From assembly GCA_024278985.1 (NCBI GenBank), contig JAJRSC010000004.1:1-50248 (forward strand): a stretch of 50,248 nucleotides of DNA. The letters are read 5' to 3'. Position 1 is the stretch's first letter; every line of letters begins with the position of its first letter. Positions 32,197 through 42,880 of the stretch are shown piece after piece. This stretch comes from an archaeon. Its GTDB lineage: Archaea > AGJL01 > Methanococci > Methanococcales > Methanocaldococcaceae. Below the pieces are notes generated by a model, which was given only the letters and a program-made list of their open reading frames with translations, did not search any database and was not told the DNA's origin. A program made the position numbers and the translations under genes.

Positions 32197-32964
32197 ATGT
32201 TGGCAGAAATTTCTGAGAAATTTATATTTATATTGGAAATATTAGATAAATATACTCAGCCTAATAGTGATGAGAAAGTTGTTATTAGGTATCTTATTGA
32301 CTATTTAGAAAAAGGTAATTTGTTGGAGGAGGATATAGAGCCAATTAAGAGTAAGATTATAGAAATAAGTAAAAAATTAGGAAATTATGATTTAAGAAGA
32401 GAAATAGTATATATCTTCTATGATAATAATAAAAAATTAACTAAATCACAAAAAAATAAGATTAGAAAGATTATTGAAATTTTAGAGTTATTGAAGAGTT
32501 ATATAGACAAAAAACCATTTAAGGATTATACTGATAGAGATGCATTAAATATAATAACATTAAAAATTTTAAGATTGGATAAAGGAGTTTTATTAGATTA
32601 TAATACAGAGGTAAGGAGTATATCTAACTTGGCATTAAACATATCTGGCTATGAATTAAAAAATGAAATAGAAAACTTTTTATTAGGCAGAAAAAGAAAA
32701 AAATTATCAGATAATTTCCTACAAAAAAAGAAATTATTATTAGAAACTTTAGAAGAGATAAAAAATTTCATTGAAAAGAAAGAAAATAAAAGTATATTTG
32801 ACTATGAAGCATTATTTTTAATAAATTTAAAGATTTATAGAGTTGAGGAGAATATAATAAAAAATTTTGATGATGAATTTAATAGTTTATTGTCAATTGG
32901 TAGAAAAGTGGGAAACTACAAATTAAGAGAAAAAATTTTATTGATAAAGGAAAGTATAAAATGA
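32197..32964 (+). CDS. hypothetical all-helical protein with three internal ~85-aa repeats
   Basis: Repeats end KLGNYDLRREI / ISGYELKNEI / KVGNYKLREKI and share ILEILD / IIEILE / LLETLE. Confidence 0.6.
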   Translation: MLAEISEKFIFILEILDKYTQPNSDEKVVIRYLIDYLEKGNLLEEDIEPIKSKIIEISKKLGNYDLRREIVYIFYDNNKKLTKSQKNKIRKIIEILELLKSYIDKKPFKDYTDRDALNIITLKILRLDKGVLLDYNTEVRSISNLALNISGYELKNEIENFLLGRKRKKLSDNFLQKKKLLLETLEEIKNFIEKKENKSIFDYEALFLINLKIYRVEENIIKNFDDEFNSLLSIGRKVGNYKLREKILLIKESIK

Positions 32965-32965
32965 C

Positions 32966-33475
32966 TTATTTATTCTTTTTCATTTCTTCCTCTGCTTTAT
33001 TTATAATTTCATCATAAACTCCTTCATTAACTTCTTTTGTAACTTCTTTAGGATCTTTTCCTTCAACAGTAACTCCCATAGACCCACATGTCCCTAAAAC
33101 TTCCTTAACAGCATTTTTTAAAGTATAGGAAAGCATAGAATCAAATTTCATTTTAGCAATTTTAATAACTTGTTCCATTGTTAAGTTTCCAACTACTTCA
33201 TGTCTTGGTTCATGAGCTGCTGTTTCAATTCCTAATTCTTTTTTAATTAATGCAGTTGTTGGAGGAATTCCAACCTCAATCTCAAAAGTTCTTTTTTCAG
33301 TATCAACAATAACCTTAACAGGAACCTGCATTCCTTCATATTCTTTTGTTTTTTTGTTAATTTCATTAACAACTTGCATAACATTGACTCCTAATGGACC
33401 AATTGCTGGCCCTAATGGTGGCCCTGCAGTAGCTTTTCCTCCAGTAACTAATACTTCAACAACTTCCTTTGCCAT
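32966..33475 (-). CDS. rpl11: 50S ribosomal protein L11
   Basis: [18 protein letters not shown]...GTCGSMGV. Confidence 0.97.
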   Translation of the reverse strand: MAKEVVEVLVTGGKATAGPPLGPAIGPLGVNVMQVVNEINKKTKEYEGMQVPVKVIVDTEKRTFEIEVGIPPTTALIKKELGIETAAHEPRHEVVGNLTMEQVIKIAKMKFDSMLSYTLKNAVKEVLGTCGSMGVTVEGKDPKEVTKEVNEGVYDEIINKAEEEMKKNK

Positions 33476-33609
33476 GTTTCACTCACCTTAATTTTATAAG
33501 AATAGCTTAAGGTTTAATATCCTCATACTATATATATATTTTTTTACTAATCTTAATTTTATAAATTACTTATTTATAACTTTTTTATAAATAATAATTT
33601 TGGGAGATT

Positions 33610-33886
33610 ATGGACAATGTTATTTTAGTTGGAAAAAAACCAGTTAAAAATTATGTTCTGGCAGTTCTTACTCAATTAACAAAAAATAACACTGTTAAAA
33701 TTAAAGCAAGAGGTAAAGCTATATGTAAAGCTGTTGATGTTGCTGAAATTGTAAGGAATAGAGTTATTTAAAGATATTAAAGTTGATGAAATTAAAATAG
33801 GTAGTGAGAAAATTAATAATTTAAATGGGAAATATAAATATATCTCTACCATTGAAATAACATTATCAAAAGAACAGAGGGAATAA
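33610..33886 (+). CDS. alba: chromatin protein Alba with a 1-nt frameshift near 33763-33771 (missed by the ORF track)
   Basis: [23 protein letters not shown]...[21 protein letters not shown], continuing in the shifted frame as [13 protein letters not shown]...[10 protein letters not shown]. Confidence 0.88.
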
Positions 33887-33887
33887 T

Positions 33888-34784
33888 ATGCATTTTTTAG
33901 ATTTGGATACCATTGAAAGAGAAGATTTATTAAAAATTCTTAAATATGGAGAACATTTTAAGAAACATAGAAAAAACCATGAAAAATTTTTGGAAAATAA
34001 AAGTTTTGGGATAATTTTTGAAAAACCATCAACAAGGACAAGAATAAGTTTTGACTTAGCAATTCATGAATCTGGAGGACACTTAATAACTTTAAATAAA
34101 AATGAGATACATTTAGGTAGAGAAAGTTTAAAGGATATGGCCAAAGTTTTAAGTAGATACTTGGATGGAATTATAGCGAGAGTATATAGTCATAAAATGC
34201 TTGAAGAACTTGCTAAGTATAGTGAGATTCCAGTTATAAATGCATTATCTGATATTGCCCATCCTTGCCAAACTTTGGCAGATTTATTGACAATTAAAGA
34301 AATTAAAGGTTTTAATATAAAGCTTGCATACTTAGGGGATGGTAATAATGTATGTAATTCTTTAATTTTAGGGGCGTCATTGGTTGGAATTGATATGTAT
34401 GTAGCAACACCTAAAGGTTATGAGCCCAACTCTTACCATGTTTTAAAAGCTTTGGAGAACATAGAGAAATATGGAGAAGGTTCTTTAACTATAACAAACT
34501 CTCCAGAAGAGGCATTAAAAGAGGCAGATGTAATATATACTGATGTATGGGTAAGTATGGGAGATAAAAAAGATGAGAATGAATTAAAATATTTTAAACC
34601 TTTCCAAATAAATAACAATGCTTTAAAATTGGCAAATGATGACTGTATAGTTATGCACTGTCTTCCCGCTGTAAGGGGTAATGAAATAACTGATGATGTT
34701 ATAGATAGTGAGAAATCTGTTATATATCAGCAGGCAGAAAATAGATTACATGCTCAAAAAGGTTTATTAAAGTTCTTATATTAA
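33888..34784 (+). CDS. argF: ornithine carbamoyltransferase
   Basis: FEKPSTRT, HPCQ, DVWVSMG, MHCLPA and QQAENRLH motifs. Confidence 0.95.
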   Translation: MHFLDLDTIEREDLLKILKYGEHFKKHRKNHEKFLENKSFGIIFEKPSTRTRISFDLAIHESGGHLITLNKNEIHLGRESLKDMAKVLSRYLDGIIARVYSHKMLEELAKYSEIPVINALSDIAHPCQTLADLLTIKEIKGFNIKLAYLGDGNNVCNSLILGASLVGIDMYVATPKGYEPNSYHVLKALENIEKYGEGSLTITNSPEEALKEADVIYTDVWVSMGDKKDENELKYFKPFQINNNALKLANDDCIVMHCLPAVRGNEITDDVIDSEKSVIYQQAENRLHAQKGLLKFLY

Positions 34785-35171
34785 TCCAAAAACTTCAAAA
34801 TATTTTTTTTGTCTAACAACTAACACAGGAATATTATTTTCTAAGAGTTTCTCTTTAAGTTTTTTATCATTTGTAGCAACAATAACATTTTTATTTTTTT
34901 TGGCATATTCAATTATTGCATCGTCAGCATAACCATTAAAATTAAACTTCTCTACTTTATAATTTTTTATTTTTGATAAAGCTAACTTTATAGCTTTTTT
35001 TTCTTTTCCTTTTAAATCTTTATCCAATAATAATTTTAGTTCTTTCTCAATATGAGGAAGAATAATAACTTCAAACTTAGAATTTAAAGCCCTTTCTAAT
35101 TCATAATCAAAATTTATTTTATGTTTAAATGTATAAATTAAAAAATTAGTGTCTGGAATTACCTTGTAAAT
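34776..35171 (-). CDS. PIN-domain protein (Fcf1/VapC9-like), apparent ATT start
   Basis: Frame reads (I)YKVIPDTNFL...YADDAII...VATNDKKL; GAGGTG RBS 7 nt before ATT at 35171. Confidence 0.8.
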   Translation of the reverse strand: MYKVIPDTNFLIYTFKHKINFDYELERALNSKFEVIILPHIEKELKLLLDKDLKGKEKKAIKLALSKIKNYKVEKFNFNGYADDAIIEYAKKNKNVIVATNDKKLKEKLLENNIPVLVVRQKKYFEVFGLI

Positions 35172-35401
35172 AAAGTTTCACCTCATACTACATTATTAAC
35201 AATATTTATATATACTTTGCTAAATATAATATATAAAGAGATTTTTCATCATTTAACTTTACAAAAGAAAATTAATTTAAATTAGAAAAGTATTTATATT
35301 TTATAAACAACATAAAAAAATAGAATTTTATAGAATAAATTCTAATAATAATTAATAATAAAACAAAACTAATATAGTCTAAATTAGGTTATGGTGATAT
35401 T

Positions 35402-36379
35402 TTGGGAGATAGATTACCAAGAGTAGATACATTGGAAAGTGTTGCATTACTATTAAGAGCATATAAAAAAATATTTAATGGAGAAATGTTAGATGCCCTT
35501 TACTATATAAACAAGGCAATAGAATTAGAACCTAATTTCAACCTTCCTTATTTTATAAAAGGTATAATTTTAATGTGTCTTGGAGATGTTAAAAAAGCTT
35601 CAGAGATATTTGAAATGTTAATAAAAAAAGGTTCTAAAAATCCATTAGATTGGATATATTTAGGAGAGTGTTATACAGCCATTGGAAATTGTGAAGAAGC
35701 TATAAAATGTTATAAAAATGCCTCTTCAGAAAGTGAAAAATTAATATCTTCAGCAATATTAGAAATATTATGTTTAGAAAGTTTAGGAGAGTATGAAACA
35801 TCTTTAGAAATTATTGATAAAGTTCTATCACAATATCCAAAAATGTTATCATTTTGGATTAAAAAAGTTGAGATATTATTGCATCTTGGAGAATATGAAA
35901 AAGCATTATTGACAATAGATGAAGCTTTAAAATTAAATCCTGAACATAAATTAGCCTTATTTTATAAAGCATTAATTTTATCAAGATTAGGAAGATTAAA
36001 AGAAAGTTTAGAAATATTTAAAAAATTAATTGATAAGTATAATATAAAATGGTTAGAAGCTTTAAGACATGCTGCAAGAGTTGCAATATACTTAGGTGAA
36101 TATGAAACAGCTGAGAAATATCTTAAAAAAGGTTTAGAAATTAGAGATGATGATACTGAACTGTTATTTAATTTAGGTGTTGTATTAGCAGAAAAAGGAA
36201 AATCTGAAGAAGCTATAAAATACTTTGAGAAAGTATTGTCTTTACATCCAGGATATACTTTAGCATTACTGAGAATTGCAAATATTTATGAAAGATTAGG
36301 AAAACTTGATAAAGCTGTAGAATATTACAATAAAGTATATGCTCAAATTATGCCAAAAGAAAATAATGATTTAGAATAA
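35402..36379 (+). CDS. TPR-repeat protein
   Basis: Repeated LG-Y-EA--Y-KAL-L-P units. Confidence 0.9.
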   Translation: MGDRLPRVDTLESVALLLRAYKKIFNGEMLDALYYINKAIELEPNFNLPYFIKGIILMCLGDVKKASEIFEMLIKKGSKNPLDWIYLGECYTAIGNCEEAIKCYKNASSESEKLISSAILEILCLESLGEYETSLEIIDKVLSQYPKMLSFWIKKVEILLHLGEYEKALLTIDEALKLNPEHKLALFYKALILSRLGRLKESLEIFKKLIDKYNIKWLEALRHAARVAIYLGEYETAEKYLKKGLEIRDDDTELLFNLGVVLAEKGKSEEAIKYFEKVLSLHPGYTLALLRIANIYERLGKLDKAVEYYNKVYAQIMPKENNDLE

Positions 36380-36388
36380 AAGATTATT

Positions 36389-38296
36389 ATGGATATAAAA
36401 GAATTTTCAAATTTTATAAAAGAAATTTTTCCATATTCTAATATTAGGGAGCAACAGAAAAGAATGATGCTAAAAATATTTTTTAGTATAATTAATAAAA
36501 AAAATTTAGTTATTGAAGCTCCTACAGGAGTAGGAAAGACATTAGGATATTTAATTCCTGCCTTATATTTTGCCAATAAAGGAAAAAGAATTGCTATTTT
36601 AACTGAAACAATTGACCAACAAATTAGAATTTTCAATGAATTAAGGAATCTCTCAACATATCAAAAAACTGAATTTTTTATAGGAAAAAGTAACTATTTT
36701 TGTAAGTCAAAAAATGGTAAAGCCAACAGATTATATTGTCAGTTAAATAGAAGATGTATTTATAAACCAAATAAAAGAAAATTCTGCTATTGTGGAGAAC
36801 AAAAAATTTATTTTCCTTATTTAGATGTTTATTATTGTCCATTTTGTTGCTGTGATTATCAGAAGGCAAAAATTGAATGTATAGAGGCAGATATAGCTGT
36901 TTTAAATAATTCAATATTTTTTTATGCTAAGGAAGATTTAGAAAGAAAAAAAGAGTTTGATATAATTATTGTTGATGAAGCCCATAAGTTGGAAGATAGT
37001 ATAAGAAGGACTAAAACAATAGAAATAAATCCTGATAAGGTTATAGGTAGATTAAAATATATGGCTTTGTATTATGCTCCTTCTATATTAAGAAAAAGAT
37101 TATCTGACAATAATAATAATTTTTGGGAAATTATTGAAAATTATTTAAAATCTAAAAAATTAGATGGAGACATATGTAAGTTATTCTATAAAATGGGCAA
37201 AGATGATAATACTATTATTTTAGGGGTTATATATTATTGCTACCAACAGTTAAAGGAAATTAAAGAGACTATTTTAGAATTTCCTGAAAATGTTGAAATT
37301 AATGAAAACATATATTTTAAATTTGATTGTAAGGAAATTATGGATATTGAACTGAATTTTATTGAAAAAAAGAATTTAGACCCTATAATAGCTGAATTTA
37401 TAGACAATCTTAACAATTTAAGATATCTCAATAACAACTTTGTTGTTTATAGATTAAAAGATTCTCTTTTATGTGAGCCAATATTTGTAAATAACTATCT
37501 AAAAGATTTATATGGGGATAGTGTTGTTATACATTGCTCTGCTACCTTAGGAAATTTAAAATTACATGCTATAAAGACAGGTTTAGATGATGCTGATACT
37601 TTAATTTTAGATAGTCCTTTTCCAAAAGATAGAAAATTAATTATTGGAATAGAAGATGGAGTAAATATGAAGTATGAACTAAAAGATAGAGATAAGGCAA
37701 ATATTATAATATCTAAGATTATTGAGGCAATTAATGGAAATACATTAATTTTATTTAGAAGTTTTGAAGATTTGGATTTATTTTATAAATATATAAAAAA
37801 AGAAATAAAGAATTTAAATATAGACAATAAAAATATTCATGTTTATGAGCAAGGAATGGATGGAAAGGAAGCAAGTGAATTAAAAGATAGATTTATAAAA
37901 GAGGGAGGTCTCTTATTAGCAACTGGAAGATTTGCTGAGGGAGTAGATATTCCTGGAGAGTCATTAATAGGAGTAGTTATTGATTCTTTACCTTTTCCAA
38001 TGCCTACTCCACTACTTTTAAAATAACAGGAAATTTTAAAAAAAAGTGTTGGAGAAAGGGAGAGTTTTTATAGAACATCATTTGATACCATGGCAAGAAC
38101 TTTAGTTCAAATGATAGGGAGATTAATAAGAACTGAAAAAGATTATGGTGTAGTTGTAATACAGGATAAAAGATTTTCAAAGTGGGTTGGTGAAGTAATG
38201 AAAAAAAGAAGATATTTAAAGGATGATTATACTACAATGCCTCTAAATAGAGCAATAAAAGAAATACCTAAATTTTTAAATAAGTTTAGAAACTAA
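36389..38296 (+). CDS. DinG/XPD-family ATP-dependent helicase, interrupted by an in-frame TAA at 38024-38026
   Basis: EAPTGVGKT, Cys-rich Fe-S region, VDEAH, SAT, EGVD, LPFP and Q-IGRLIR...DYG motifs; both halves in frame. Confidence 0.85.
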
Positions 38297-38333
38297 TAAT
38301 TTATATGACATATTATACTATTAATGTGATACT

Positions 38334-39146
38334 ATGAAAAAACTCATTTTTTTGATAATCTTAATATTGTTAGTATTAACATTGGTTATCTCCCAAGAAA
38401 ATATTTTAAGTAAAACTCCAAATCATTATAAAATAAATAAAACTTTAAAATCAAATATTCAAAAAAATATTCTAAATAAAACTTCAATAAATAAAACTTT
38501 AAAAGAAAAACCTATTATATTAGTACATGATGTTTCTCCTAAATATTTTACAGATTTAAAGGAAGTTGTTAAGATTATAAATAAATATAACTACAGTAAT
38601 AATACCATATTATTTGTCATTCCAGACCTTGATGGAAAATGGGATTTAAGAAAATATAAAAATTTTGTTGAATATTTACATAAATTAGAAAAAAGAGGTT
38701 ACAAAATAGGACTTCATGGATATGAGCATACATTTCATGAATTTAATTGTCCAAAAGATATATGTCTGGAGAAATTACATAATGCGGAACTTATAATGAA
38801 AGATTGTGGATTCAACAATATAACACTATTCTTACCACCAGCGTGGGTACTGAGTAATGAATCGTTAAAGGTTCTTCTTGCCAATAATTTTACAATAATA
38901 TTAACCAATAAGATAATATATCCTAACGGTTCTTCTAAAAAAATCATAAATAAAGAATATACTTGGTATCTTAAAAAAAAGTATGTAAATGAATATCTAA
39001 TTAAAGCAGAAAATGATTATCATTATGCTTCTAAACATAAAATTCCATTTTATTTATCAATTCACATGGGTGTAGTTAATTATGGAGGAGGCTTAGAATT
39101 TTTGGATAGATTTTTAAATGAAACAGAACATTACATTAGGAACTAA
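38334..39146 (+). CDS. membrane-anchored/secreted polysaccharide deacetylase-like protein (DUF2334-like)
   Basis: Signal peptide; VHDVSP, IGLHGYEH, FLPPAW and LSIH motifs. Confidence 0.75.
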   Translation: MKKLIFLIILILLVLTLVISQENILSKTPNHYKINKTLKSNIQKNILNKTSINKTLKEKPIILVHDVSPKYFTDLKEVVKIINKYNYSNNTILFVIPDLDGKWDLRKYKNFVEYLHKLEKRGYKIGLHGYEHTFHEFNCPKDICLEKLHNAELIMKDCGFNNITLFLPPAWVLSNESLKVLLANNFTIILTNKIIYPNGSSKKIINKEYTWYLKKKYVNEYLIKAENDYHYASKHKIPFYLSIHMGVVNYGGGLEFLDRFLNETEHYIRN

Positions 39147-39195
39147 TTACATGGTTAAAAAAGTAAAAAACTAAAGGACAGAATAAAAAATAAAA

Positions 39196-39438
39196 TTATT
39201 CTTTGTTTAATAATCCAGCAGCATCTAATGCTAATTTAACCTCTTCTGTTGAAGCCCCTTTTTCAATATCTACCTTTTTCTCTGTAGGTTCAAGGTGTTT
39301 TATGTTGCATCTTCTTCTTTTAACTTCTCCATCAACTAAAACAAAATTTCTGTCTAATATATCAACTATTACACAAACTTTACCTGCTTCTCTTCCTGAT
39401 GTTTTTATACAAACTCTTCCTATTTCAATTGCTGGCAT
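39196..39438 (-). CDS. rpl14e: 50S ribosomal protein L14e
   Basis: [20 protein letters not shown]...[14 protein letters not shown]. Confidence 0.95.
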   Translation of the reverse strand: MPAIEIGRVCIKTSGREAGKVCVIVDILDRNFVLVDGEVKRRRCNIKHLEPTEKKVDIEKGASTEEVKLALDAAGLLNKE

Positions 39439-39446
39439 ACACCTCA

Positions 39447-39541
39447 CCTCATTTTTTGTTCTTGTGATTCTCGCGAATCACAATTCATCCTCTAAATGAG
39501 GGAGGTTTAATATTGCCGTTCCGACAATATTAAACACTCCC
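39447..39541 (-). promoter_or_regulatory. multi-hairpin RNA element at the cmk 3' end / rpl14e leader
   Basis: Three sets of inverted repeats, one capped by a GCGA tetraloop on the mRNA strand (see findings). Confidence 0.5.
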
Positions 39542-40029
39542 ATAATGTTCCATTTTGATGTATCTATAACTAAGTCATAGATAGATAAATCATCTAAGTT
39601 TATATTATATATATCTTTGTATCTCTTTTTTTCACTATCTTCTCTAAGCTTTATTTTTTGTAAAGCTTCTTCAAAACTTAAATTTTCTCTCTTAGATATT
39701 CTTTCTGCTCTTATTTCTATAGGTGTTTTAAACCAAATAGATAAATCAGGTTTAATATTGTTTTTTAAAAGCATCCATGCTGCTAATCTACCCTCTAATA
39801 CAATATTTCCCTGTTTAGCTAACTCTACCTGTCTCTTGTCTATTTCTTTATCTATTTCTTTATGTTTTTCAGCATATTTACTAAATTCTTCAACACTCAT
39901 ATTCATTTCTTTGGCCATCTCTCTAAAAATAATTCCTGCACAGACATATCTAAGATTAAACTTTTTTGCTATTTTCTTAGCTATTGTAGTAGTTCCAGTT
40001 CCTGGAAGTCCTCCAATAGTTATAATCAT
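39478..40029 (-). CDS. cmk: cytidylate kinase (archaeal type)
   Basis: [23 protein letters not shown]; lies in the rpl34e-cmk-rpl14e operon. Confidence 0.92.
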   Translation of the reverse strand: MIITIGGLPGTGTTTIAKKIAKKFNLRYVCAGIIFREMAKEMNMSVEEFSKYAEKHKEIDKEIDKRQVELAKQGNIVLEGRLAAWMLLKNNIKPDLSIWFKTPIEIRAERISKRENLSFEEALQKIKLREDSEKKRYKDIYNINLDDLSIYDLVIDTSKWNIMGVFNIVGTAILNLPHLEDEL

Positions 40030-40304
40030 TCTTTCCCAAAGTTTCTGGCTTTGTTAATCATTAATCTTTTTAAACATCTTGGACACAAATAACCTCCATA
40101 AGGTCTTTCAGGTCTTCTTTGGTTTTTTGGTAACTTTCTAATCTCAACAGGTCTTCCTCTTGGAACACCATGTAATTCTGCCCCACATACAGCACATTTT
40201 GGTTTATCTGGCTTTCTTCTTTCATAGTGTATAACTAACCTTCCTCCAGGTGTTCTTCTATATATTCTTCTGTAACTTCTTGACCTATATCTTGGAGCTG
40301 GCAT
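40026..40304 (-). CDS. rpl34e: 50S ribosomal protein L34e
   Basis: RRTPGG...CAVC...[14 protein letters not shown]. Confidence 0.97.
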   Translation of the reverse strand: MPAPRYRSRSYRRIYRRTPGGRLVIHYERRKPDKPKCAVCGAELHGVPRGRPVEIRKLPKNQRRPERPYGGYLCPRCLKRLMINKARNFGKE

Positions 40305-40521
40305 ATTAATCCCTCCAGAATTTTATAGAATAAAACTAATAAAATAAGTATATAAAACTTATGATTTATACATTTGGAAAAATAGAATTAGCAAAATTTT
40401 TATCAACTGATAAAATTATGTAAAATAGTAAATAATATTAATTAAATATTTAAATATTTTTAATTAAAAAATAAATAATTTGATTATAAACTATAAATAA
40501 TATAAAAAAAGAAAAGAAAAT

Positions 40522-41562
<1,041 letters not shown>

Positions 41563-41611
41563 TCAACTAAATAAATATTTATTGGTATAAAAATATCTTT
41601 TAAGGGTTATT

Positions 41612-42355
41612 ATGAAAATTAAATATCAGAGAATTGGGGATATTGTTATAGTTAAAAGAGAGTTATCTACAGAAGAGATTAAGAAAATAGTTGAAAAAAC
41701 TAAATGTAAAACAATATTGAAAGCTACTACACATATTACAGGAGAGTTTAGAGAACCTCATTATAAAATAATCTATGGAAAAGAAACAGAAACTATTCAT
41801 AAAGAGCATGGATGTTTATTTAAGTTGGATGTTGCTAAAATTATGTATAGTCAGGGAAATATAAAAGAAAGAGAAAGAATTTCAAGAATTGGAATGAAAA
41901 ATGAGGTTGTTATTGATATGTTTGCAGGAATAGGTTATTTTTCTATTCCTTTAGCTAAATATTCAAATCCTAAAAAGGTATATGCTATAGAAAAGAATCC
42001 AACTTCTTTTTACTATTTAACAGAAAATATTAAACTAAATAAATTAAAAAATGTAACTGCTATCTTATCAGATAATAGAGATGTATCTTTAAAAGGAGAT
42101 AGAATTATAATGGGATATATTCATAAAACTCATAAATTTTTAGATAAGGCATTTTCATTTTTAAAGGAGGAGGGAATAATACACTATCATGAAACTGTAG
42201 CAGAGTCAATATTAAATAGACCTATTGAAAGGTTAAAATACTATGCTGAAAAAAATAACTATAAACTTGAATCTTACAAACTATATAAGATAAAAAAATA
42301 TGCTCCTGGAGTTTGGCATGTTGTTGTAGATGCTAAATTCTGTGCATATACTTAA
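41612..42355 (+). CDS. taw2: Taw2/Trm5-family tRNA wyosine aminocarboxypropyltransferase
   Basis: FKLDVAKIM.SQGN, DMFAGIGYF, RIIMGY and IKKYAPGVWHVVVD motifs. Confidence 0.75.
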   Translation: MKIKYQRIGDIVIVKRELSTEEIKKIVEKTKCKTILKATTHITGEFREPHYKIIYGKETETIHKEHGCLFKLDVAKIMYSQGNIKERERISRIGMKNEVVIDMFAGIGYFSIPLAKYSNPKKVYAIEKNPTSFYYLTENIKLNKLKNVTAILSDNRDVSLKGDRIIMGYIHKTHKFLDKAFSFLKEEGIIHYHETVAESILNRPIERLKYYAEKNNYKLESYKLYKIKKYAPGVWHVVVDAKFCAYT

Positions 42356-42602
42356 AAATATCTTCATGCTGAACAATAACTTCAACTCCTAACTCTTCCC
42401 CAACTTTTTCAAGTTCTTTTTTTAGTTCTAATAAATCCTTTTTTGATTTTGATGTATCTACTATCATAATCATAGCAAAGACATTATCTAATATTGTCTG
42501 GCTTATATCCAAAATATTGACATTATTATCTGCTAAAACTTTGGAAATACCTGCTACAATCCCTGTTTTATCTTTTCCAATAACAGACACTACAACCCTC
42601 AT
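42333..42602 (-). CDS. ACT-domain protein (UPF0237)
   Basis: VIGKDKTGIVA...NILDISQT...QHEDIF.YMHRI. Confidence 0.9.
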   Translation of the reverse strand: MRVVVSVIGKDKTGIVAGISKVLADNNVNILDISQTILDNVFAMIMIVDTSKSKKDLLELKKELEKVGEELGVEVIVQHEDIFKYMHRI

Positions 42603-42880
42603 ATTATTCCCAAAAAATAAATTTTATCACTAGTTTGATATTTTATATTATTTATAAAAACCTTTCTACAACAAATTATTTTTATATTAAAATTAAATTA
42701 ATAATTTGTAGATTAAAATATAATTAGGCAGAAATTTATACTTATTAATTTATGTTTATTTTTAACTTAATATTGATTTATTAAGGAATAATACAGACAT
42801 CAAATAGTAATAATCTTATAATTAAAAATCATATCTTTATTAAAATATTTTTTAAAAATACTTATTAAAAGTTGATACCT

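Noticed and set aside
30690-32964. CRISPR array or cas operon near the CARF gene
   Set aside because: No regularly spaced repeats and no cas genes anywhere in the window.
9868-38026. TAA stop-codon reassignment
   Set aside because: Expected residues differ (Ser versus Glu/Gln), TAA terminates most genes normally, and no suppressor tRNA is present in the window.
40398-40415. Palindrome TTTTATCA-AC-TGATAAAA, and a similar TATCA-N6-TGATA near 42625
   Set aside because: AT-rich with inconsistent spacing; expected by chance at this composition.
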